This document shows, in pieces, positions 26,101 to 39,110 of a stretch of DNA of 64,000 nt. The position numbers and the translations under genes were made by a program. Below the pieces are notes generated by a model. It did no database searches and had not been told where the DNA came from. It saw nothing but the letters and a program-made list of their open reading frames with translations. This DNA comes from Eledone cirrhosa (lineage: Eukaryota): the NCBI GenBank assembly GCA_964016885.1, contig OZ024743.1, forward strand, positions 205,778,001-205,842,000. The letters are read 5' to 3'. Each line of letters opens with the position of its first letter. The stretch's first letter is position 1.

Positions 26101-29100
26101 CTCCCTTGGCTTGCTGGAAATTATCTCCCCTTGGACGGCTATAAATTATCTCTCCTTCGACCGCTGGAAATTATCTCCCCTTGATTTTTTTACAAATTAT
26201 CTCCCCCTGATTTTTTTTTACCAATCAACCCCTGATTTAAAAACAAAAATTATCTCCCCTTCGCTGGCTGGAAATTATCTCCCCTTGGACGGCTGGAAAT
26301 TATCTCCCCTTGATTTTTTTTACAAATTATCTACCCCTGATTTTTTTACAAATTATCTCCCCCTGATTTTTTTTACAAATTATCTCCCCCTGATTTTTTT
26401 TTTTACAAATTATCTCCGCCTGATTTTTTTAAAATTATCTCCCCTTGGCTGGATGGAAATTATCTCCCCTTGGACGGCTGGAAATTATCTCCCCTTGGAA
26501 GGATGGAAATTATCTCCCCTTGGACGGCTGGAAATTATCTCCCCTTGCACGGCTGGAAATTATCTCCCCTTGGACGGCTAGAAATTACCTCTCCTTGGAC
26601 GGCTGAAAATTATCTCCCCTTGGACGGCTGGAAATTATGTCCACCTGATTTTTTTTTACAAATCATCTCCGCCTGATTTTTTTAAAAACTTATCTCCCTT
26701 GGCTTGCTGGAAATTATCTCCCCTTGGACGGCTATAAATTATCTCTCCTTCGACGGCTGGAAATTATCTCCCCTTGATTTTTTTACAAATTATCTCCCCC
26801 TGATTTTTTTTTACCAATCTACCCCTGATTTAAAAAAAAAATTATCTCTCCTTCGCTGGCTGGAAATTATCTCCCCTTGGACGGCTGGAAATTATCTCCC
26901 CTTGATTTTTTTTACAAATTATCTACTCCTGATTTTTTTACAAATTATCTCCCCCTGATTTTTTTTTACAAATTATCTCCCCTTGATTTTTTTTTTTTTA
27001 CAAATTATCTCCGCCTGATTTTTTTTAAATTATCTCCCCTTGGCTGGATGGAAATTATCTCCCCTTGGACGGCTGGAAATTATCTCCCCTTGCACGGCTG
27101 GAAATTATCTTCCCTTGGACGGCTAGAAATTACCTCTCCTTGGACGGCTGAAAATGATCTCCCCTTGGACGGCTGGAAATTATCTCCCCCTGATTTTTTT
27201 TACAAATTATCTCCCCTTGCACGGCTGGAAATTATCTCCCCTTGGACGGCTGGAAATTATCTGCCCTTGATTTTGTTTTTACAAATTATCTCCCCCTGAT
27301 TTTTTTTACAAATTATCTCCACCTGATATTTTAAAAAATTATCTCCCCTTGGACGGCTGGAAATTATCTCCCCTTGGCTGGAAATTATCTCCCCTTGGAC
27401 GGCTAGAAATTATCTCTCTTTGGACGGCTGGAAATTATCTCCCCTTGATTCTTTTTACAAATTATCTCCCCCTGATTTTTTTTACAAATCTCCCAGTGAT
27501 TTTTTTAAAAAAATTATCTCCCCTTCGCTGGCTGGAAATTATCTCCCCTTGGACGCTGGAAATTATAGCCCCTTGGACGCTGGAAATTATCTTCCCTTGG
27601 ACGGCTGGAAATTATCTCCCCTTGATTTTTTTACAAATTATCTCCCCCTGATTTTTTTTTACAAATTATCTCCCCCTGATTTTTTTTTTACAAATTATCT
27701 CCCCTTGGACGGGTGGAAATTATCTCCCCTTGGACGGCTTGAAATTATCTCCCCTTGGACGGCTAGAAATTACCTCTCCTTGGACGGCTGAAAATTATCT
27801 CCCGTTGATTTTTTTTACAAATTATCTCCCCCTGATTTTATTTTACATATTATCTACCCCTGATTTTTTTTTACAAATTATCTCCACCTGATCTTTTTTA
27901 CAAATTATCTCCCCCTGATTTTTTTTTTACAAATTATCTCCCCCTGATTTTTTTACAAATTATCTCCCCCTGATTTTTTTTTCAATTTATCTCCGCCTGA
28001 TTTTTTTAAATATTATCTTCCCTTGGCTGGCGGGAAATTATCTCCCCTTGGACGGCTGGAAATTATCTCCCCTTGGAAGGATGGAAATTATCTCCCCTTG
28101 GACGGCTGGAAATTATCTCCCCTTGCACTGCTGGAAATTATCTCCCCTTGGACGGCTGGAAATTATCTCCCCTTGGCTGGAAATTATCTCCCCTTGGACG
28201 GCTAGAAATTATCTCTCTTTGGACGGCTGGAAATTATCTCCCCTTGATTTTTTTACAAATTATCTCCCCCTGATTTTTTTTACAAATCTCCCAGTGATTT
28301 TTTTTAAAAAATTATCTCCCCTTCGCTGCCTGGAAATTATCTCCCCTTGGACGCTGGAAATTATAGCCCCTTGGAGGGCTGGAAATTATCTTCCCTTGGA
28401 CGGCTGGAAATTATCTCCCCTTGATTTTTTTTACAAATTATCTCCCCCTGATTTTTTTTTACAAATTATCTCCCCCTGATTTTTTTTTACAAATTATCTC
28501 CCCCTGATTTTTTTTACAACTTATCTCCGCCTGATTTTTTTAAAAAAATTATCTCCCCTTGGACGGCTGGAAATTATCTCCCCTTGGACGGCTGGAAATT
28601 ATCTCTCCTTGGACGGCTAGAAATTACCTCTCCTTGGACGGCTGAAAATTATCTCCCCTTGGACGGCTGGAAATTATCTCCCCTTGATTTTTTTTACAAA
28701 TTATCTCCCCCTGATTTTTTTTTACAAATTATCTCCCCCTGATTTTTTTACAAATTATCTCCCCCTGATTTTTTTTTACAAATTATCTCCCCCTGATTTT
28801 TTTTACAAATTATATCCCCTTGGCTGGCTGGAAATTATCTCCCCTTGGAGGCTGGAATTTATCTCCCCTTGGACGGCTAGAAATTACCTCTCCTTGGACG
28901 GCTGGAAATTATGTCTCCTTGGACGGTTGGAAATTACCTCCCCTTGGACGGCTGGAAATTATCTCCCCTTGGACGGCTGGAAATTATCTCCCCTTGGACG
29001 GCTCGATATTACCTCTCCTTGGACGGCTGGAAATTATCTGCCCTTGGACGGCTGGAAATTATCTCCCCTTGGACGGCTGGAAATTATTTCCCCTTGATTT

Positions 29101-32100
29101 TTTTTACAAATTATCTCCCCCTGATTTTTTTTTACAAATCTCCACCTAATTAAAAAAAAAATTATCTCCCCTTCGCTGGCTGGAAATTATCTTCCTCTGG
29201 ACGGCTGGAAATTATAGCCGCTTGTAGGGCTGGAAATTATCTCCCCTTGGACGGCTGGAAATTATCTCCCCTTGATTTTTTTTACTAAGTATCTCACCCT
29301 GATTTTTTTTTACAAATTATCTCCGCCTGATTTTTAAAAAAAAATTATCTCCCCTTGGCTGGATGGAAATTATCTCCCCTTGGACGGCTGGAAATTATCT
29401 TCCCTTGATTTCTTCTACAAATTATCTACCCCTGATTTTTTTTTACAAATTATCTCTCCCTGATTTTTTTTTACAAATATCTCCCCTCCGCTGGCTGACA
29501 AATCATCTCCGCCTGATTTTTTTAAAAACTTATCTCCCTTGGCTTGCTGGAAATTATCTCCCCTTGGACGGCTATAAATTATCTCTCCTTCGACGGCTGG
29601 AAATTATCTCCCCTTGATTTTTTTACAAATTATCTCCCCCTGATTTTTTTTTACCAATCTACCCCTGATTTAAAAAAAAATTATCTCTCCTTCGCTGGCT
29701 GGAAATTATCTCCCCTTGGACGGCTGGAAATTATCTCCCCTTGATTTTTTTTACAAATTATCTACCCTGATTTTTTTACAAATTATCTCCCCCTGATTTT
29801 TTTTTACAAATTATCCCCCCTGATTTTTTTTTTTACAAATTATCTCCGCCTGATTTTTTTAAAATTATCTCCCCTTGGCTGGATGGAAATTATCTCCCCT
29901 TGGACGGCTGGAAATTATCTCCCCTTGCACGGCTGGAAATTATCTTCCCTTGGACGGCTAGAAATTACCTCTCCTTGGACGGCTGAAAATTATCTCCCCT
30001 TGGACGGCTGGAAATTATCTCCCCCTGATTTTTTTTACAAATTATCTCCCCTTGCACGGCTGGAAATTATCTCCCCTTGGACGGCTGGAAATTATCTGCC
30101 CTTGATTTTGTTTTTACAAATTATCTCCCCCTGATTTTTTTTACAAATTATCTCCACCTGATATTTTAAAAAATTATCTCCCCTTGGACGGCTGGAAATT
30201 ATCTCCCCTTGGCTGGAAATTATCTCCCCTTGGACGGCTAGAAATTATCTCTCTTTGGACGGCTGGAAATTATCTCCCCTTGATTCTTTTTACAAATTAT
30301 CTCCCCCTGATTTTTTTTACAAATCTCCCCCTAATTTAAAAAAAAATTATCTCCCCTTCGCTGGCTGGAAATTATCTCCCCTTGGACGCTGAAAATTATA
30401 GCCCCTTGGAGGCTGGAAATTATCTTCCCTTGGACGGCTGGAAATTATCTCCCCTTGATTTTTTTACAAATTATCTCCCCCTGATTTTTTTTTACAAATT
30501 ATCTCCCCCTGATTTTTTTTTTACAAATTATCTCCCCTTGGACGGGTGGAAATTATCTCCCCTTGGACGGCTTGAAATTATCTCCCCTTGGACGGCTAGA
30601 AATTACCTCTCCTTGGACGGCTGAAAATTATCTCCCCTTGATTTTTTTTACAAATTATCTCCCCCTGATTTTTTTTTTTACAAATTATCTCCCCCTGATT
30701 TTATTTTACATATTATCTACCCCTGATTTTTTTTACAAATTATCTCCACCTGATCTTTTTTACAAATTATCTCCCCCTGATTTTTTTTTTACAAATTATC
30801 TCCCCCTGATTTTTTTACAAATTATCTCCCCCTAATTTATTTTACAAATTATCTCCGCCTGATTTTTTTAAATATTATCTTCCCTTGGCTGGCGGGAAAT
30901 AATCTCCCCTTGGACGGCTGGAAATTATCTCCCCTTGGAAGGATGGAAATTATCTTCCCTTGGACGGCTGGAAATTATCTCCCCTTGCACGGCTGGAAAT
31001 TATCTCCCCTTGGACGGCTGGAAATTATCTCCCCTTGGATGGCTAGAAATTATCTCTCTTTGGACGGCTGGAAATTATCTCCCCTTGATTTTTTTTACAA
31101 ATTATCTCCCCCTGATTTTTTTTACAAATCTCCCAGTGATTTTTAAAAAAAAATTATCTCCCTTTCGCTGGCTGGAAATTATCTCCCCTTGGACGCTGGA
31201 AATTATAGCCCCTTGGAGGGCTGGAAATTATCTTCCCTTGGACGGCTGGAAATTATCTCCCCTTGATTTTTTTACATATTATCTCCCCCTGATTTTTTTT
31301 ACAACTTATCTCCGCCTGATTTTTTTAAAAAAATTATCTCCCCTTGGACGGCTGGAAATTATCTCCCCTTGGACGGCTGGAAATTATCTCTCCTTGGACG
31401 GCTAGAAATTACCTCTCCTTGGACGGCTGAAAATTATCTCCCCTTGGACGGCTGGAAATTATCTCCCCTTGATTTTTTTTACAAATTATCTCCCCCTAAT
31501 TTTTTTTACAAATTATCTCCCCCTGATTTTTTTTACAAATTATATTCCCTTGGCTGGCTGGAAATTATCTCCCCTTGGAGGCTGGAATTTATCTCCCCTT
31601 GGACGGCTAGAAATTACCTCTCCTTGGACGGCTGGAAATTATGTCTCCTTGGACGGCTGGAAATTATCTCCCCTTGGACGGCTGGAAATTATCTCCCCTT
31701 GGACGGCTGGAAATTATCTCCCCTTGATTTTGTATACAAATTATCTCCCCCTGATATTTTTTTACAAATTATCTGCCCCTGATTATTTTTTACAAATTAG
31801 CTCCGCCTGATTTTTTTTAAAAATTATCTCCCCTTGGACGGCTGGAAATTATCTCCCCTTGGACGGCTGGAAATTATCTCCCCTTGAACGGCTAGAAATT
31901 ACCTGTCCTTGGACGGCTGAAAATTATCTCCCCTTGGACGGCTGGAAATTATCTCCCCTTGATTTTTTACAAATTATCTCCCCCTGATTTTTTTTACAAA
32001 TTATCTCCCCCTGATTTTTTTTTACAAATTATCTACCCCTGATTTTTTTTACAAATCTCCCAGTGATTTTTTTAAAAAAATTATCTCCCCTTCGCTGGCT

Positions 32101-34307
32101 GGAAATTATCTCCCCTTGGACGCTGGAAATTATAGCCCCTTGGAGGGCTGGAAGTTATCTTTCCTTGGAGGGCTGGAAATTATCTTCCCTTGGACGGCTG
32201 GAAATTATCTCCCCTTGATCTTTTTTACAAATTATCTCCCCCTGATTTTTTTTTACAAATTATCTCCCCCTGATTTTTTTTTTACAAATTATCTCCGCCT
32301 GATTTTTTTTTAAAATTATCTCCCCTTGGACGGCTGGAAATTATCTCCCCTTGGACGGCTGGAAATTATCTCCCCTTGGACGGCTAGAAATTACCTCTCC
32401 TTGGACGGCTTAAAATTATCTCCCCTTGATTTTTTTTTACAAATTATCTACCCCTGATTTTTTTTTACAAATTATCTACGCCTGATTTTTTTTTCAAAAT
32501 TATCTCCCCCTGATTTTTTTTTACAAATTATCTCCCCCTGTTTTTTTTTACAAATTATTTCCCCCTGATTATTTTACAAATTATCTCCGCCTGATTTTTT
32601 TAAATATTATCTTCCCTTGGCTGGCGGGAAATTATCTCCCCTTGGACGCCTGGAAATTATCTCCCCTTGGAAGGATGGAAATTATCTCCCCTTGGACGGC
32701 TGGAAATTATCTCCCCTTGCACTGCTGGAAATTATCTCCCCTTGGACGGCTGGAAATTATCTCCCCTTGGCTGGAAATTATCTCCCCTTGGACGGCTAGA
32801 AATTATCTCTCTTTGGACGGCTGGAAATTATCTCCCCTTGATTTTTTTACAAATTATCTCCCCCTGATTTTTTTACAAATCTCCCAGTGTTTTTTTTTAA
32901 AAATTATCTCCCCTTCGCTGGCTGGAAATTATCTCCCCTTGGACGCTGGAGATTATAGCCCCTTGGAGGGCTGGAAATTATCTTCCCTTGGACGGCTGGA
33001 AATTATCTCCCCTTGATTTTTTTTACAAATTATCTCCCCCTGATTTTTTTTTACAAATTATCTCCCCCTGATTTTTTTTTACAAATTATCTCCCCCTGAT
33101 TTTTTTTACAACTTATCTCCGCCTGATTTTTTAAAAAAAATTATCTCCCCTTGGACGGCTAGAAATTACCTCTCCTTGGACGGCTGAAAATTATCTCCCC
33201 TTGGACGGCTGGAAATTATCTCCCCTTGATTGTTTTTACAAATTATCTCCCCCTGATTTTTTTTTACAAATTATCTCCCCCTGATTTTTTTTACAAATTA
33301 TCTCCCCCTGATTTTTTTTTACAAATTATCTCCCCCTGATTTTTTTTACAAATTATATCCCCTTGGCTGGCTGGAAATTATCTCCCCTTGGAGGCTGGAA
33401 TTTATCTCCCCTTGGACGGCTAGAAATTACCTCTCCTTGGACGGCTGGAAATTATGTCTCCTTGGACGGCTAGAAATTACCTCTCCTTGGACGGCTGAAA
33501 ATTATCTCCCCTTGGACGGCTGGAAATTATCTCCCCTTGATTTTTTTTACAAATTATCTCCCCCTGATTTTTTTTACAAATTATCTCCCCCTGATTTTTT
33601 TTTACAAATTATCTCCCCCTGATTTTTTTTACAAATTATATCCCCTTGGCTGGCTGGAAATTATCTCCCCTTGGAGGCTGGAATTTATCTCCCCTTGGAC
33701 GGCTAGAAATTACCTCTCCTTGGACGGCTGGAAATTATGTCTCCTTGGACGGCTGGAAATTATCTCCCCTTGGACGGCTGGAAATTATCTCCCCTTGGAC
33801 GGCTGGAAATTATCTCCCCTTGGACGGCTAGATATTACCTCTCCTTGGACGGCTGGAAATTATCTGCCCTTGGACGGCTGGAAATTATCTCCCCTTGGAC
33901 GGCTGGAAATTATTTCCCCTTGATTTTTTTTACAAATTATCTCCCGCTGATTTTTTTTTACAAATCTCCACCTAATTAAAAAAAAAATTATCTCCCCTTC
34001 GCTGGCTGGAAATTATCTTGCTTTGGACGGCTGGAAATTATAGCCGCTTGTAGAGCTGGAAATTATCTCCCCTTGGACGGCTGGAAATGATCTCCCCTTG
34101 ATTTTTTTTACTAAGTATCTCACCCTGATTTTTTTTTACAAATTATCTCCGCCTGATTTTTAAAAAAAAATTATCTCCCCTTGGCTGGATGGAAATTATC
34201 TCCCCTTGGACGGCTGGAAATTATCTTCCCTTGATTTCTTCTACAAATTATCTACCCCTGATTTTTTTTACAAATTATCTCTCCCTGATTTTTTTTTACA
34301 AATATCT
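17117..34307. repeat. ~17.2-kb higher-order repeat, copy 2
   Basis: Collinear with 1-17116, including rare variants (e.g. CCCCTGACTTTT at ~341/17457, CTCTATGG at ~1375/18491, GGCTCGATATT at ~11933/29000). The match continues to ~34425. Confidence 0.95.
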
Positions 34308-37300
34308 CTCCTTGGCTGGCTGGAAATTATCTCCCCTTGGCTGGCTGGAAATTATCTCCCCCTGATATTTTTTTACAAATTAGCTCCCCCTGATTTTTTT
34401 TACAAATTATCTCCCCCTGATTTTTTTCACAAATTATCTCCCCCTGATTTTTTTTACAAATTATCTCCCCTGATTTAAAAAAAAAAAGTATCTCCCCTTG
34501 GACGGCTGGAAATTATCTCCCCTTGGACGGCTGGAAATTATCGCCCCCTGATTTTTTTTTTACAAATTATCTCCACCTGATTTTTTTTACAAATCATCTC
34601 AGCCTGATTTTTTTTAAATATTATCTCCCTTGGCTTGCTGGAAATTATCTCCCCTTGGACGGCTATAAATTATCTCTCCTTCGACGGCTGGAAATTATCT
34701 CCCCTTGATTTTTTTACAAATTATCTCCCCCTGATTTTTTTTTACCAATCAACCCCTGATTTAAAAACAAAAATTATCTCCCCTTCGCTGGCTGGAAATT
34801 ATCTCCCCTTGGACGGCTGGAAATTATCTCCCCTTGATTTTTTTTACAAATTATCTACCCCTGATTTTTTTACAAATTATCTCCCCCTGATTTTTTTTAC
34901 AAATTATCTTCCCCTGATTTTTTTTTTTTACAAATTATCTCCGCCTGATTTTTTTAGAATTATCTCCCCTTGGCTGGATGGAAATTATCTCCCCTTGGAC
35001 GGCTGGAAATTATCTCCCCTTGGAAGGATGGAAATTATCTCCCCTTGGACGGCTGGAAATTATCTCCCCTTGCACGGCTGGAAATTATCTCCCCTTGGAC
35101 GGCTAGAAATTACCTCTCCTTGGACGGCTGAAAATTATCTCCCCTTGGACGGCTGGAAATTATGTCCACCTGATTTTTTTTACAAATCATCTCCGCCTGA
35201 TTTTTTTAAAAACTTATCTCCCTTGGCTTGCTGGAAATTATCTCCCCTTGGACGGCTATAAATTATCTCTCCTTCGACGGCTGGAAATTATCTCCCCTTG
35301 ATTTTTTTACAAATTATCTCCCCCTGATTTTTTTTTACCAATCTACCCCTGATTTAAAAAAAAATTATCTCTCCTTCGCTGGCTGGAAATTATCTCCCCT
35401 TGGACGGCTGGAAATTATCTCCCCTTGATTTTTTTTACAAATTATCTACCCCTGATTTTTTTACAAATTATCTCCCCCTGATTTTTTTTTACAAATTATC
35501 TCCCCTTGATTTTTTTTTTTTACAAATTATCTCCGCCTGATTTTCTTAAAATTATCTCCCCTTGGCTGGATGGAAATTATCTCCCCTAGGACGGCTGGAA
35601 ATTATCTCCCCTTGCACGGCTGGAAATTATCTTCCCTTGGACGGCTAGAAATTACCTCTCCTTGGACGGCTGAAAATTATCTCCCCTTGGACGGCTGGAA
35701 ATTATCTCCCCCTGATTTTTTTTACAAATTATCTCCCCTTGCACGGCTGGAAATTATCTCCCCTTGGACGGCTGGAAATTATCTGACCTTGATTTTGTTT
35801 TTACAAATTATCTCCCCCTGATTTTTTTTACAAATTATCTCCACCTGATATTTTAAAAAATTATCTCCCCTTGGACGGCTGGAAATTATCTCCCCTTGGC
35901 TGGAAATTATCTCCCCTTGGACGGCTAGAAATTATCTCTCTTTGGACGGCTGGAAATTATCTCCCCTTGATTCTTTTTACAAATTATCTCCCCCTGATTT
36001 TTTTTACAAATCTCCCAGTGATTTTTTAAAAAAAATTATCTCCCCTTCGCTGGCTGGAAATTATCTCCCCTTGGACGCTGGAAATTATAGCCCCTTGGAC
36101 GCTGGAAATTATCTTCCCTTGGACGGCTGGAAATTATCTCCCCTTGATTTTTTTACAAATTATCTCCCCCTGATTTTTTTTTACAAATTATCTCCCCCTG
36201 ATTTTTTTTTTACAAATTATCTCCCCTTGGACGGGTGGAAATTATCTCCCCTTGATTTTTTTACAAATTATCTCCCCCTGATTTTTTTTTACCAATCTAC
36301 CCCTGATTTAAAAAAAAAAATTATCTCCCCTTCGCTGGCTGGAAATTATCTCCCCTTGGACGGCTTGAAATTATCTCCCCTTGGACGGCTAGAAATTACC
36401 TCTCCTTGGACGGCTGAAAATTATCTCCCCTTGATTTTTTTTACAAATTATCTCCCCCTGATTTTTTTTTTTACAAATTATCTCCCCCTGGTTTTATTTT
36501 ACATATTATCTACCCCTGATTTTTTTTTACAAATTATCTCCACCTGATCTTTTTTACAAATTATCTCCCCCTGATTTTTTTTTTACAAATTATCTCCCCC
36601 TGATTTTTTTACAAATTATCTCCCCCTGATTTTTTTTTCAAATTATCTCCGCCTGATTTTTTTAAATATTATCTTCCCTTGGCTGGCGGGAAATTATCTC
36701 CCCTTGGACGGCTGGAAATTATCTCCCCTTGGAAGGATGGAAATTATCTCCCCTTGGACGGCTGGAAATTATCTCCCCTTGCACTGCTGGAAATTATCTC
36801 CCCTTGGACGGCTGGAAATTATCTCCCCTTGGCTGGAAATTATCTCCCCTTGGACGGCTAGAAATTATCTCTCTTTGGACGGCTGGAAATTATCTCCCCT
36901 TGATTTTTTTACAAATTATCTCCCCCTGATTTTTTTTACAAATCTCCCAGTGATTTTTTTTAAAAAATTATCTCCCCTTCGCTGGCTGGAAATTATCTCC
37001 CCTTGGACGCTGGAAATTATAGCCCCTTGGAGGGCTGGAAATTATCTTCCCTTGGACGGCTGGAAATTATCTCCCCTTGATTTCTTTTACAAATTATCTC
37101 CCCCTGATTTTTTTTTACAAATTATCTCCCCCTGATTTTTTTTTACAAATTATCTCCCCCTGATTTTTTTTACAACTTATCTCCGCCTGATTTTTTTAAA
37201 AAAATTATCTCCCCTTGGACGGCTGGAAATTATCTCCCCTTGGACGGCTGGAAATTATCTCTCCTTGGACGGCTAGAAATTACCTCTCCTTGGACGGCTG

Positions 37301-39110
37301 AAAATTATCTCCCCTTGGACGGCTGGAAATTATCTCCCCTTGATTTTTTTTACAAATTATCTCCCCCTGATTTTTTTTTACAAATTATCTCCCCCTGATT
37401 TTTTTTACAAATTATCTCCCCCTGATTTTTTTTTACAAATTATCTCCCCCTGATTTTTTTTACAAATTATATCCCCTTGGCTGGCTGGAAATTATCTCCC
37501 CTTGGAGGCTGGAATTTATCTCCCCTTGGACGGCTAGAAATTACCTCTCCTTGGACGGCTGGAAATTATGTCTCCTTGGACGGTTGGAAATTATCTCCCC
37601 TTGGACGGCTGGAAATTATCTCCCCTTGGACGGCTGGAAATTATCTCCCCTTGGACGGCTAGATATTACCTCTCCTTGGACGGCTGGAAATTATCTGCCC
37701 TTGGACGGCTGGAAATTATCTCCCCTTGGACGGCTGGAAATTATTTCCCCTTGATTTTTTTTACAAATTATCTCCCCCTGATTTTTTTTTACAAATCTCC
37801 ACCTAATTAAAAAAAAAATTATCTCCCCTTCGCTGGCTGGAAATCATCTTCCTCTGGACGGCTGGAAATTATAGCCACTTGTAGGGCTGGAAATTATCTC
37901 CCCTTGGACGGCTGGAAATTATCTCCCCTTGATTTTTTTTACTAAGTATCTCACCCTGATTTTTTTTTACAAATTATCTCCGCCTGATTTTTAAAAAAAA
38001 ATTATCTCCCCTTGGCTGGATGGAAATTATCTCCCCTTGGACGGCTGGAAATTATCTTCCCTTGATTTCTTCTACAAATTATCTACCCCTGATTTTTTTT
38101 TTACAAATTATCTCTCCCTGATTTTTTTTTACAAATATCTCCCCTTCGCTGGCTGACAAATCATCTCCGCCTGATTTTTTTAAAAACTTATCTCCCTTGG
38201 CTTGCTTGAAATTATCTCCCCTTGGACGGCTATAAATTATCTCTCCTTCGACGGCTGGAAATTATCTCCCCTTGATTTTTTTACAAATTATCTCCCCCTG
38301 ATTTTTTTTACCAATCTACCCCTGATTTAAAAAAAAATTATCTCTCCTTCGCTGGCTGGAAATTATCTCCCCTTGGACGGCTGGAAATTATCTCCCCTTG
38401 ATTTTTTTTACAAATTATCTACCCTGATTTTTTTACAAATTATCTCCCCCTGATTTTTTTTTACAAATTATCTCCCCCTGATTTTTTTTTTTACAAATTA
38501 TCTCCGCCTGATTTTTTTAAAATTATCTCCCCTTGGCTGGATGGAAATTATCTCCCCTTGGACGGCTGGAAATTATCTCCCCTTGCACGGCTGGAAATTA
38601 TCTTCCCTTGGACGGCTAGAAATTACCTCTCCTTGGACGGCTGAAAATTATCTCCCCTTGGACGGCTGGAAATTATCTCCCCCTGATTTTTTTTACAAAT
38701 TATCTCCCCTTGCACGGCTGGAAATTATCTCCCCTTGGACGGCTGGAAATTATCTGCCCTTGATTTTGTTTTTACAAATTATCTCCCCCTGATTTTTTTT
38801 ACAAATTATCTCCACCTGATATTTTAAAAAATTATCTCCCCTTGGACGGCTGGAAATTATCTCCCCTTGGCTGGAAATTATCTCCCCTTGGACGGCTAGA
38901 AATTATCTCTCTTTGGACGGCTGGAAATTATCTCCCCTTGATTCTTTTTACAAATTATCTCCCCCTGATTTTTTTTACAAATCTCCCCCTAATTTAAAAA
39001 AAAATTATCTCCCCTTCGCTGGCTGGAAATTATCTCCCCTTGGACGCTGAAAATTATAGCCCCTTGGAGGCTGGAAATTATCTTCCCTTGGACGGCTGGA
39101 AATTATCTCC
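34308..39110. repeat. Partial third copy corresponding to the second half of the 17-kb HOR (~8717-13260)
   Basis: ORF pairs 8932/34523, 9044/34635, 10353/35942, 10956/36679 and 12690/38541. Shared markers include CATCTCAGCC and CCAATCAACCCC. An extra ~100-bp block lies near 36250. Confidence 0.88.

Noticed and set aside
1-34425. 17-kb duplication as a pure assembly artefact
   Set aside because: The copies differ by SNVs and by whole-monomer indels, one of which has its alternative state shared with a third copy. An artefact is unlikely but cannot be excluded without reads.
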